Source: Phycisphaerales bacterium
GTDB lineage: Bacteria > Planctomycetota > Phycisphaerae > Phycisphaerales > UBA5793
Assembly: GCA_043101845.1 (NCBI GenBank)
Contig: JBICHN010000011.1
Span: 274,635 to 338,634, forward strand
Reading direction: 5' to 3'
DNA length: 64,000 nucleotides
Below are positions 31,461-40,771 of the stretch, one piece after another; position 1 is the first letter of the stretch; each line of letters begins with the position of its first letter. A program made the position numbers and the translations under genes. The notes under the pieces were generated by a model, which was not told the origin of the DNA, searched no databases, and worked only from the letters and a program-made list of their open reading frames with translations.

Positions 31461-32668
31461 ACAATCCAAAAGAACTGAAGCTGACGGTTCTCCCTGTCGA
31501 GCAGAAGATTGGGACGTTCTACGTCGCCTCGATATCCGCAAGAGACCTCGTCGAAATCTCATACTCTGACGTTCGGAGACTTACAGAGGACCAGCGCGAC
31601 CTTGAGCGATACCTCGGAATCCAGCGACCGGTCAATCCGCGGCGAATCAAGGAGATCAGAAAGTACCTGACGGCGAGTGACGCGACATTTCCAACAGCGG
31701 TAATCGTAGCTGTCGACGAGCGCTGCGCGGTACTTGGTGAGACGGAACGTGACGGTCCAACTGAACTGATACTGCGACCATACGACCCGGAAGAAGACAC
31801 CGACGATCAAGCGATTCCATACGGGAAGATTGCTCGGGTGATTGACGGCCAACACCGACTCGCAGCGTTTCTTGGCGAAGACGACAACTACACATTCGAT
31901 TTTGCAGACGAGAGTTTCGAGATTAACCTTGCAATATTTATTGGCGCGGACGTGTCTGAGCAGGCGAATATTTTTGCTACAGTCAATCTGGCGCAAACAA
32001 AGGTTAACAAAAGCCTAGTTTACGACCTTACCGATCTGGCGAAGGCTAGGAGCCCGCACAAGACCTGTCATGACGTAGCGGTGGTGTTGGATAGCGAATC
32101 AGCTAGTCCATTCTATGAGCGCATCAAGAGGCTTGGGACTCGAACACCTGGCCGTGGCTACGAACCGCTTACGCAGGCAGCGTTCGTGGAGTCCCTCATC
32201 CCTTTTATCTCGTCCGATCCGATGCAAGACCGCAACTTGCTTCTCGATGGCGAAAGGCTTCCACGTGCTGACGATGCCTTATTGGAGAAGCGGCCGTTTC
32301 GGAATCTATTTATTGAGAAGAAGGACCTCGACATCGCGGAGATCCTCTTTAACTACTTCGACGCAGTCCGAGCACGATGGCCAGAGTCTTGGAACGCACC
32401 AAAAGATGCCCGCAATCTGCTGCCTCGATCAAACGCGTTTAAGGCTTTTATGAAGTTCTTACGTTTAGATGTTTATCCCTCGCTGGTCGGGACTCAGTTC
32501 GGAAGTGTACCCACAAAGGGCGACTTCGATCCCTATTTCGACAGAATCGACGTGACCGACAGAGACTTCACCACAAAGAACTTTACCGCTGGAAGCAGCG
32601 GGGAGTCCACGTTCCTTAAGATGTTGAGAGGCCAGATTACGCTTGCGGATATGGTTGAGGACGATTAG
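31457..32668 (+). CDS. DGQHR-domain (DndB/ParB-like) protein
   Basis: GIQR...RR.KEI..YL, FPTAVI, VIDGQHRL, F.TVN..QT.V.KSL.YDL; ATGA coupling. Confidence 0.9.
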   Translation: MNNPKELKLTVLPVEQKIGTFYVASISARDLVEISYSDVRRLTEDQRDLERYLGIQRPVNPRRIKEIRKYLTASDATFPTAVIVAVDERCAVLGETERDGPTELILRPYDPEEDTDDQAIPYGKIARVIDGQHRLAAFLGEDDNYTFDFADESFEINLAIFIGADVSEQANIFATVNLAQTKVNKSLVYDLTDLAKARSPHKTCHDVAVVLDSESASPFYERIKRLGTRTPGRGYEPLTQAAFVESLIPFISSDPMQDRNLLLDGERLPRADDALLEKRPFRNLFIEKKDLDIAEILFNYFDAVRARWPESWNAPKDARNLLPRSNAFKAFMKFLRLDVYPSLVGTQFGSVPTKGDFDPYFDRIDVTDRDFTTKNFTAGSSGESTFLKMLRGQITLADMVEDD

Positions 32669-32898
32669 GGTGCACTTGCTGAGCGACGAGTCATGCCATC
32701 GTCGTCCCGTGTTCTGCTCGCTCGATGGTGATCGTCACAGCCTAATAACAGCCTATCCCAAGCGCCGAGCACTTCGTCTCATCGTAAGCGCCTGCATTTG
32801 CATCCGTACAGGCGGACCCGACACCACCACGCCCGCTCTTGCTCCTCTTACAGTGAATTAGTATCGGCGGTCGCTGAAGCCGGGTACCGCGTATATGG

Positions 32899-33387
32899 CT
32901 CAACGATCCGATCCGCGTGACGGAGCGGAAGAACATCGTCCAGAGCCGCAAGTTCCGTGAGGCGCTCGAAGACGCGATGCTGCGGTATACGAACAAGGCG
33001 ATCTCGACGGCGGAAGTGATTTCGCGACTGCTCGAACTGGCGCAGCATCTGCGCGACGCGAAGAAGCATGGCGAGGAGCTCGGGCTGAGTGAAGAGGAGA
33101 CCGCGTTCTATGACGCGCTCGCCGAGAACGGTTCGGCGAAGGAGATCATGAAGTCGGACACCCTGCGGCTCATGGCGCGGGAACTCGCCGAGACGGTGAA
33201 GCGGTTGCCGAAGCTCGACTGGACGCAACGAGAATCGGTGCGGGCCGATCTGCGCCGGCAGGTGCGGCGGTTACTCGCACGGTACGGCTATCCGCCTGAC
33301 CTTTTCACCCCGAAGGACGCGACGCTGCTTGTGCTCAAGCAGGCAGAGCGCGGGGCGGAGAACGTGGTGGTGGGTGAGGAGGGTTGA
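32899..33387 (+). pseudogene. hsdR: 5'-truncated type I R-M restriction subunit (HsdR) C-terminal DUF3387 remnant
   Basis: LNDPIRV..RKNIVQSRKF.E.LE....RY.NKAI.TAEVI..L.ELA...GEELGLSEEE.AFYDAL..N.SA...DWT.RESVRA.LR..V.RLL..YGYPPD; no nuclease or helicase part upstream. Confidence 0.82.
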
Positions 33388-33390
33388 GGA

Positions 33391-33615
33391 AGGCATGGAG
33401 GCACGAAGGCACGAAGGGACTGAGGGACTGAGGGACGGAGGGACGGAGGGACGGAGGGGTGAGCGAGGCGGGGATTTGAGATTTGAGATCTCTGATTTGA
33501 GAGGGCGCAATCGGCGCGATTGGGGGCGTTTTGTGCGCGCCGCGTTTATGGACGGGGGCCGTTTGAACTTCCGGCGGATCACCCTCCCCTGGCCCCTCCC
33601 TCGAGGAAGGGGGAT
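33391..33615. repeat. Composite repeat mosaic 6
   Basis: Octamer array (GRAGGSAC)n 33391-33459, GATTTGA heptamers about 33473-33501, CCCTCCCC hairpin 33569-33613. Confidence 0.85.
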
Positions 33616-33645
33616 TCGGAGCGTAACGCGGAGTGTGGGAAGCGC

Positions 33646-35478
33646 TCAGCCGTCGGTGGATGACGGTTCGGGTTGCGGCGATTCGAGTTGTTCGAGCCAG
33701 GAATGCATTTGAGCCGCCATGTGGGGGGAGTCGATCTGTTCGTAGAGGTCGTGCGCCCGGCGCCAGTAGGCTCTCGCCTCGTCGGTTCGCTCACGCCGTA
33801 TGGCGACTTCGCCGAGATTCGCGCAGTTCGATGCGACACCGGAGAGTCGGCCGAGCTGTTCGTCAATCTCGAGCGATTGCAAGAACATCTCTTCGGCGCC
33901 GTCCAGGTCCTCGCGGGCGAGCCGTATGTTCCCGAGGCTCGAATAGGTCGAGCCGATTGCGGGTGTGTTCTTCATCTCACGATGCGTGTCGAGGGCCCGC
34001 TGCGCCATTTCTTCGGCGCCTTCAAGATCATTAAGCCAGCGACGCGTGCGACTGATGTCGCTGTGGCCGCGGGCGACGCCGGCGAGGTAGCCGATGGCTT
34101 CGCTGCGTTCGACGACCTCGAAATACATGCGCTCCGCCGCCTCGTATTCTTTCCTTTCCTTCAGACTGTCACCGAGCAGGCCGTACGCGGCGATGACGCC
34201 GCGCTTGCGGTCGGCGGCTTCGCTGTGCTCGAGCGCCTCGCGACCAAACTGCTCGGCGAGCGTGAAGTCGCCGCGGCGAAGGGCCAGCCGTCCCAGATTC
34301 GTATGGGCGGCGCCCTGCCCGCCCCGGTGGTCGAGCTCTTCGTAGATCGTGAGAGCTTCCCGGTAGAGCGCTTCAGCGGCTCCGGTTTCGCCACGCGACA
34401 CGGCGATGGTTCCAAGATTGTTCGTCGCGGCGGCGTAGCGGTCGGAGTCCGATTCGGTGAGCTCGCGGACGCGAACGAACGATTCCTCGGCTCGGTCAAT
34501 CTGTCCGTGGATGAGTTGAATGTTTCCCAGGTTGTTGAGGGCGTCGACATTGTCCGGGTCGAGAGCCAGGATGTCGCCAAGGGCCGATTCGGCTTCTTCG
34601 AGACGCCCCAATATGAATACATTGAAGGCATGCTGCCGCGCGAGACTGATTGCAGTTGTCTCGTATTCATTGTGGAGCGCACTCATGTTCAAATCGAGTT
34701 CGCGACGCTTTATGGCGAAGAATTCGGCGGAGTCTTCAGGTCCGAAACTGGAGAGCGGTGCGATGGCCGCCAACTCGCCGTTCTCGGCGGCGCGGACCAG
34801 ACTGGCGAGGACTTCTGGCAGCGTCCCCGCGAACGAGTCGCCAGCGTTCGAGCGTTCCGTGAGACGATCGAATTCTTCTCCGACTTCGCTGCGAAACGCG
34901 ACTATCTCCGCGTAGTTCCGATCGAGCGCCTGACGAATCGGCTCGAGCGAGTGAGCGAGTCCGTCCTCGATGAGCGTCCTGTCGGCGGCGTTGACGAAGC
35001 AGTCGCCGCATATGCCGATCATCCATGCGGCGACTCCGACGCCAACCACTCGTGCGTAACTCCCTTCACGGGTCCACTGCCGACTGAGATAGGCGATGAA
35101 CGCCGCGATGGTGACCGCCGCGGCGACCATGGACCATCCGAGGGCGTCCGTGCGAAAGATGAGCACGCATAGACTCGCCAGCGCCCCGGCCCCGAGCGAT
35201 GCGGCGCCGACAATCCTTCGTGAGGTCGGCTGATCATCGGCGGAGAACTTGCCGGCTTCGGACTGCACGCGTCGGGCCGACCAACCGATCCACGGCGCCA
35301 AGGTGCGCCAGAACGCGAACAGGGAGAGCGAAACCGCTGAGATTAGAATGCCGAACGCGCTGAGACCGAGGATGAAGCCGACGATAAGACCTGCGGTGAA
35401 GAGGGCGACCGCCAAGAGCAATGGAACGAGCACACTGCTCCGGCGAACGGTTGAGGTACCACGATTACGAATGGACAT
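33646..35478 (-). CDS. Membrane-anchored tetratricopeptide repeat protein
   Basis: Several N-terminal TM segments; many ...NNLG......G....A...Y..AL TPR units. Confidence 0.85.
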   Translation of the reverse strand: MSIRNRGTSTVRRSSVLVPLLLAVALFTAGLIVGFILGLSAFGILISAVSLSLFAFWRTLAPWIGWSARRVQSEAGKFSADDQPTSRRIVGAASLGAGALASLCVLIFRTDALGWSMVAAAVTIAAFIAYLSRQWTREGSYARVVGVGVAAWMIGICGDCFVNAADRTLIEDGLAHSLEPIRQALDRNYAEIVAFRSEVGEEFDRLTERSNAGDSFAGTLPEVLASLVRAAENGELAAIAPLSSFGPEDSAEFFAIKRRELDLNMSALHNEYETTAISLARQHAFNVFILGRLEEAESALGDILALDPDNVDALNNLGNIQLIHGQIDRAEESFVRVRELTESDSDRYAAATNNLGTIAVSRGETGAAEALYREALTIYEELDHRGGQGAAHTNLGRLALRRGDFTLAEQFGREALEHSEAADRKRGVIAAYGLLGDSLKERKEYEAAERMYFEVVERSEAIGYLAGVARGHSDISRTRRWLNDLEGAEEMAQRALDTHREMKNTPAIGSTYSSLGNIRLAREDLDGAEEMFLQSLEIDEQLGRLSGVASNCANLGEVAIRRERTDEARAYWRRAHDLYEQIDSPHMAAQMHSWLEQLESPQPEPSSTDG

Positions 35479-35511
35479 GCGAGAAACCTACCTCCGGTCA
35501 TTCTAGCTCTA

Positions 35512-36085
35512 CTGGCGCCGGTGGACTTCGGGCGAGCAGGCCCCGCATTCGCATGCGGGGTTTTTTCGGAGATTCGCGGGCTCGTCTCCGGCGGGCGTGG
35601 ATGTGTGTTGGGGTTTCGCGCGCTGCGTTGCGGGATGCGGGGCGTTTGGATTTCCGGCGGATCACCCTCCCCTGGCCCCTCCCTCGAGGGAGGGGGGTTG
35701 GGAGGAGTGGCACGAAGGCACGGGGGCACCGAGGGGGAGAGGGAGCGGAGATTTCAGATCTGAGATTTGAAATTTGAGAGGGCGGAATGGGCGCTGGGCG
35801 CCTTCGGGCGGGCAGGCCCCGCGTTGGTATGCGGCGTTTTTTTCGTGTGGGTGGGAAGGCACGGGGGCACGGGGGCACGGAGGGGCGGAGGCACGGAGGG
35901 AGGAGAGGCGGATTTGTGATTTGAGATTTGAGATTTGAGAGGGCGCAATGGGCGCCGGTGGACTTCGGGCGAGCAGGCCCCGCATTGGTATGCGGGGTTT
36001 TTTCTTTGGTGGGGATTGGTCGCGCAAGGGGCACTGGTGGACTCCCGGCGAGCAGGCCCCGCATTCGCATGCGGGGTTTTTTCGT
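35512..36085. repeat. Composite repeat mosaic 7 with four terminator-like hairpins
   Basis: GCGAGCAGGCCCCGCATT(C/G)(G/C)(C/T)ATGCGGGG-T6 at about 35532, 35808 (degenerate), 35969 and 36048, interleaved with octamer, heptamer and CCCTCCCC modules. Confidence 0.9.
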
Positions 36086-36107
36086 TGGTGAGTCTGGTGT
36101 TGTCCGC

Positions 36108-37697
36108 TCAGCCGTAGAACGGGAGGACGATCGTGTACATCACGAGCATGATGAGGGCGACGCCGATGAGGTTCAGGATCAGGCCGGCGCGGCACATCTG
36201 GGCGATGGTGAGTTCGCCGGAGGCGAAGACGATCGCATTGGGCGGGGTTGCGACGGGCATCATGAAGGCGCAGCTCGCGGCGAGGGCGACGGGGACGGTG
36301 AGCGTGAGCGGGCCGTAGTCGAGGCCGACCGAGACGGCGCCGAGGATCGGGAGGAAGGTCGCGGTCGTCGCGGTGTTGCTCGTGAGTTCGGTGAGAAACA
36401 CGATCATGAGCGTGACGAGGAGCACGAGGAGCGGCGCCGGGAGTGACTCGGCGCCGGCGACCGCGTTCGCGATCCACGCGGCGACGCCGGTGTGGTCGAT
36501 CGCGGTCGCGAGCGCGAGCCCGCCGCCGAAGAGGATGAGCACGCCCCAGGGAAGGCGGGTGGCCTGTTCCCAGGAGAGGACGAATACGCCTCGCTTCCAG
36601 TCGACGGGAAGGGCGAAGAGGACGACCGCGGCGAGGATCGCGATGCCCGCGTCGGAGAGGCCGGCGAGGGGCGCGAGTTCGCTCGGGAGTTCGAGTCGCG
36701 CGAGCCACGGGCGGAGCATCCAGAGGAACGCGGTCGTGAAGAAGACGGTCATGACCATGATCTCGGGTTTCGAGATCGGTCCGAGCGCGCGGAGCTGATC
36801 GCGGATGAGCGCGCGGCCGCCGGGGATCGCGTCGAGGCGCACGCGGAACGCGACGCGCGTGAGGACGAACCAGGCGATCGGGAGAAAGAGGACGACGAGG
36901 GGAACGCCGATGGGCATCCAGCTCGCGAAGGAGAGTTCGACGCCGAGCGTTTCGCCGAGGTATTGCGCGAGGAAGGTGTTCGGCGGGGTTCCGATGAGCG
37001 TGCCGACGCCGCCGATCGACGCGGCGTAGGCGACGCCGAGGAGGAGCGCGATCGCGAAGGGGAAGGGTTGTCCTTCGGGCGGGAGGTGCGGCGAGTTCGA
37101 GGCGCGGAGTTCTTCGCGCACGAGTTCGATGACGCTCAGGGCGATGGGGAGCATCATGACGGCGGTCGCGGTGTTCGAGACCCACATGCTCAGGATGGCG
37201 CTCGCGATCATGAAGCCGGCGATGAGTCGGAGGGGTTGCACGCCGACGATGAGGATCGTGCGGAGGGCGATGCGTCGGTGGAGTCCCCAGCGTTCCATGG
37301 CGAGGGCGAGCATGAAGCCGCCCATGAAGAGGAAGATGAGGTCGTCGGCGTAGCGCGAGGCGACGGTGTCGATGCCGACCTCGCCGCGCGTGAGAAGAGG
37401 GATGAGCGCGAGGGGGAGGAGGGCGGTCGCGGGAATCGGGATCGCTTCGGTGATCCAGAGGATCGCCATGAGGGTTCCGACGGCGGCGACGACGCGTGCG
37501 GCGTGGGTGAGGCCGGCTTCGTCATTCGCGGCTGCGAGGAGTTCGCTTGTCGTTTCGTCGAGGCGCGGGGCGTCGGGGAGGATGAAGTAGACGAGGAGGG
37601 CGGCGAGGGGGGCGAGGAGGAGGCCGAGGCGGCGCGCGAGGGGGGTGGCGGGGGGTTTTGGTATTTCGGTTCGGGGTGTGGGGGGCGGGTCGGACAT
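36108..37697 (-). CDS. DASS/SLC13 family sodium:dicarboxylate (or sulfate) symporter
   Basis: WITEAIP, LSMWVSNTAT..MMLP, GTLIGTPPN, LTELTSNTAT, AFMMPVATPPNA. Confidence 0.93.
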   Translation of the reverse strand: MSDPPPTPRTEIPKPPATPLARRLGLLLAPLAALLVYFILPDAPRLDETTSELLAAANDEAGLTHAARVVAAVGTLMAILWITEAIPIPATALLPLALIPLLTRGEVGIDTVASRYADDLIFLFMGGFMLALAMERWGLHRRIALRTILIVGVQPLRLIAGFMIASAILSMWVSNTATAVMMLPIALSVIELVREELRASNSPHLPPEGQPFPFAIALLLGVAYAASIGGVGTLIGTPPNTFLAQYLGETLGVELSFASWMPIGVPLVVLFLPIAWFVLTRVAFRVRLDAIPGGRALIRDQLRALGPISKPEIMVMTVFFTTAFLWMLRPWLARLELPSELAPLAGLSDAGIAILAAVVLFALPVDWKRGVFVLSWEQATRLPWGVLILFGGGLALATAIDHTGVAAWIANAVAGAESLPAPLLVLLVTLMIVFLTELTSNTATTATFLPILGAVSVGLDYGPLTLTVPVALAASCAFMMPVATPPNAIVFASGELTIAQMCRAGLILNLIGVALIMLVMYTIVLPFYG

Positions 37698-37710
37698 GGG
37701 GTTTCTATGA

Positions 37711-37950
37711 AGGCACGGAGGCACGGTGGCACGGAGGCACGAAGGCACGGGGGCACGAAGGGGCGGAGGGGGGCGGAGGGGAGAAGGGGAGATTTGAAAT
37801 TCGGGATTTGAAATTTGAGAATCGGACGGAACTGGGGGAGCGGAGATTTGAGATTTGGGACGAGGGTTTGTTGCGCCGCGTTGCGGGCGCCGGCCACTTT
37901 CTACTTTGGCGGTTCACCCTCCCCCGGCCCCTCCCTCGGAGGGAGGGGAG
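37711..37950. repeat. Composite repeat mosaic 8
   Basis: (GGCACGRR)n octamers 37711-37760, GATTTGA heptamers 37790-37858, CCCTCCCC hairpin about 37915-37950. Confidence 0.8.
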
Positions 37951-37986
37951 TTGGGAGCGGAGAGGGACGGGGAGAACGCGGTTCGA

Positions 37987-40095
37987 TTATTCGACGAGGT
38001 CGATGGGGTCGGGGTGGTCGGGGCGGCGTTTGGGCTCGAATCCCATTGAGGTTCCGAGTCGTTCGCGGGCTTCGAGGTCGCGGAGATCGCGTTCGCGGTC
38101 GCGTTCGCGTTGGTGTTCATCGTCGTCGGGTTCTTCGTGGTCATGCGCGCGGTCGACTTCGCGGCGGAGGGCGGCGGCCTGGTCGTCGGGTCCGGCGGCG
38201 AGGCGCGCGTGGCGTCGGGCGGTGAGGCGCGCGGCGATGAAGAAGCCGATCGCGATGACGAGGTACGCGGCGGTGAAGCTCCACGCCGGGTAGCGCGTCG
38301 CGGTGTCGGGGAGCGCGCGGCCAGGGATCGGGAGAAGGTAGTAGATCGTGTTGCCGTCGATCGCGAAGGCGTGGATGACGCCGAGCGCGCTCAGCGCGGC
38401 GCCGCCGAGCGCCCACCACGCGGCGACGGCCCATTTGCGTTCGATGATCCACGCGATGAGGGCGGCCCAGATCATGGCGATGAGAAGCAGGCCGCGCTCG
38501 AGTCGGATGAAGCCGAGGATGGAGTAGCCGCCCCACGCGGAGACGATCGGATCGCGCGCGTCGAGTTGTTCCTGGAGCGTGGTGAGGCGCGGGGCGGGCG
38601 GAATGGTGTCGGCGACGGCGGCTTCGTCGAGCGCGGGTGATTCTTCGGGCACGGTTGGTTCGTCGGGCGCGGCGCCAGGCGCGTCGTTGATTGCATCTTC
38701 GAGCGCGGGTGATTCGTCGGGCGAATCGAGGGTCGGATCCGTCGTCGAATCGGTTTCGACGATGGGTGTGTTGTTCGCGAGCGCGTTCGGGTCGTCGTCG
38801 ACGAGGCGCAGGGAGGAGTAAGGCGCCATGGCGATCATGACGATGAGTCCGGCGATGGCGGGGATGAGCCCGATGGCGACGGCGCCGCCGTGCTCGGGCG
38901 GTGAGGCGTTGAAGGCCTGGGCGGTCATGATGGCGCCGATCCAGAGGAGGATCGCGGCGCCGGCGGCGATGGGGATGACCCCTTCGAGGGTGAGCGCGAG
39001 GCCGGTGAGGCAGATCGCGGCGATCGCGAACGCGTTGAGCAGGCTGTACGCCCATCCGGCGCCGAGCGCCTTCCAGCCGGGGTGGCCGATGTAGATCGTC
39101 GTCGGGAAGCAGCTGCCGAGGAAGCCGCCGGCGATCGAGCCGATGCCGTTCACCATGAGCGAGGGCGCCGGGTCGTATTCATCGCCGGATGCGGCGGCGC
39201 TCTCGAGGTTCTGGAGCGAGCCGACGAGGTTGAAGAGGCCCATGGGAATGATGACGCCGAGCCAGGCGATCCACTCGCCGCTCGTGAACGCGCCGACGAT
39301 GAGCGGCCAGACGACGCGCGGGTCGGGCCAGTAGAAACCGGCGTGGTCGACGCTGTCGCGCACCGCGGAGGGCGCGCGGAGGTTGCGCCCGTCGTCGAGC
39401 GTCCAGCCGAGTCCGGGCAGGTCGTGCGCGTAGGTGAGGACCCAGGCGAGCGCGGCGCCGACGAGGATCGCGACGAGTCCGGCGGGGAGACCGAGCGGCA
39501 TGCGCGCCCGGCCGTAGTAGCCGGCGAAGAGGATCGCGAGAGGGATGAAGCCGATGAGCGGGTCGGCGGTGATGCGGACGACGAAGTCCATGGCGATGAA
39601 GGTGATCGCGATGCCGGCGAGGGCGGAGAGGAGCGCGGCGCGCGGCGTGACGGCGCGGATCCATCGCGCGAAGAAGGCGCCGAAGAACTCGATGAAGCCG
39701 CTGCCGATGCAGGCGATCATGCCGGCGGCGTAGGCGGCGTCCCACGAGCCGGTCTGCGCTTTGACGGGAATCATGATGAAGAAGAGGTAGGCGAAGACGC
39801 TCGGCGTGTTGATGCCGTAGGGGAGCGCGGTGGCGCGGCGTTCGTCGCGGCGCGAGGCCCACCAGGCCTGGAGGGCGTAGTAGAGGTTGCCGAGGATGAC
39901 ACTCACGCCGACGGCGGGGATGATCTGTCCGAGGAGGGTGGCGCCGTCGTCGTCGATGAGCGCGCCGACGAGGGCGACGATGACGAGGAGCTGGACGAGG
40001 TTGTCGACGAGGAGGCCGAAGGCGCCGTCGATGTCGCCGCCGAGTTTGCGTCCGAAGGAGGCGTGGTGGTCGATGCCGACGGGGGTCGTCGCCAT
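37987..40095 (-). CDS. NCS2-like (xanthine/uracil-type) permease
   Basis: GDIDGAFGL..DNL.Q, TALPYGINTPS, PRAALLS.LAG, NLESAAA.GD.Y, FPTTIYIGHPGWK..GA. Confidence 0.82.
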   Translation of the reverse strand: MATTPVGIDHHASFGRKLGGDIDGAFGLLVDNLVQLLVIVALVGALIDDDGATLLGQIIPAVGVSVILGNLYYALQAWWASRRDERRATALPYGINTPSVFAYLFFIMIPVKAQTGSWDAAYAAGMIACIGSGFIEFFGAFFARWIRAVTPRAALLSALAGIAITFIAMDFVVRITADPLIGFIPLAILFAGYYGRARMPLGLPAGLVAILVGAALAWVLTYAHDLPGLGWTLDDGRNLRAPSAVRDSVDHAGFYWPDPRVVWPLIVGAFTSGEWIAWLGVIIPMGLFNLVGSLQNLESAAASGDEYDPAPSLMVNGIGSIAGGFLGSCFPTTIYIGHPGWKALGAGWAYSLLNAFAIAAICLTGLALTLEGVIPIAAGAAILLWIGAIMTAQAFNASPPEHGGAVAIGLIPAIAGLIVMIAMAPYSSLRLVDDDPNALANNTPIVETDSTTDPTLDSPDESPALEDAINDAPGAAPDEPTVPEESPALDEAAVADTIPPAPRLTTLQEQLDARDPIVSAWGGYSILGFIRLERGLLLIAMIWAALIAWIIERKWAVAAWWALGGAALSALGVIHAFAIDGNTIYYLLPIPGRALPDTATRYPAWSFTAAYLVIAIGFFIAARLTARRHARLAAGPDDQAAALRREVDRAHDHEEPDDDEHQRERDRERDLRDLEARERLGTSMGFEPKRRPDHPDPIDLVE

Positions 40096-40276
40096 GGGTG
40101 CGGTGCTCCAGTGGTGTTCGTTCGCGTGTTCGAGTGAGCGAGCAAGCGCGCGAGCGTGAGGGAGGCGCGGCGGGCGGGCCGCGCGTCGGGATTCATCGAC
40201 CGCCGTCGAGTCGGGCGTCATCGTACCGCGCGTCGCGTTTCGCCGCACGGGGAGACGCGGCGTAGGATCGCGGACG

Positions 40277-40732
40277 ATGGCGAAGAAACGGGCGAGACCG
40301 CTGGCGCTGGGGGTGATTCGTCGCGAGCGCGATGGCGCGATGCTCGTGTCGCGCGGTCACGACGAGGCGACGGGCGAGGAGTTCTTTCGTCCGCTCGGCG
40401 GGGCGGTCGAGTTTCAGGAGTCGAGCGCCGAGGCGCTCCGCCGTGAGTTTCTCGAGGAGATCGACGCGACGCTCGACGGAGTTCGACTGCTCGGCGTGCT
40501 CGAGAACATCTTCACCTACCACGGCAAGCCGAAGCACGAGATCGTGTTCGTGTACGAGGCGCGGTTCGCGGACCGCCGGTTGTACGAGCGCGAGTCGTTC
40601 GAGGTGATCGAGGGCGGCGGGCCCTGGCGGACGGCGGTGTGGCGGCCGGTCGACTCGTTCGAGGCGGAGGGCGCGGCGGCGCTCTATCCGCAGGGGCTGC
40701 GCGAGTTGTTGCGGCGGTCGGCGTCGCGTTGA
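40277..40732 (+). CDS. NUDIX hydrolase
   Basis: Nudix box GGAVEFQESSAEALRREFLEEI. Confidence 0.88.
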   Translation: MAKKRARPLALGVIRRERDGAMLVSRGHDEATGEEFFRPLGGAVEFQESSAEALRREFLEEIDATLDGVRLLGVLENIFTYHGKPKHEIVFVYEARFADRRLYERESFEVIEGGGPWRTAVWRPVDSFEAEGAAALYPQGLRELLRRSASR

Positions 40733-40771
40733 ACGCGCGCGGGGCCGCGGCGGCGCTACGCTTGGGACGCC

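Noticed and set aside
31457-32668. Complete DNA phosphorothioation (dnd) system
   Set aside because: No dndA/C/D/E, ssp or pbe genes in the window; only the DGQHR-domain gene
30028-33387. Functional type I or type II restriction-modification system
   Set aside because: No hsdM/hsdS, hsdR is only a C-terminal fragment, and no recognisable REase lies next to the Dam gene
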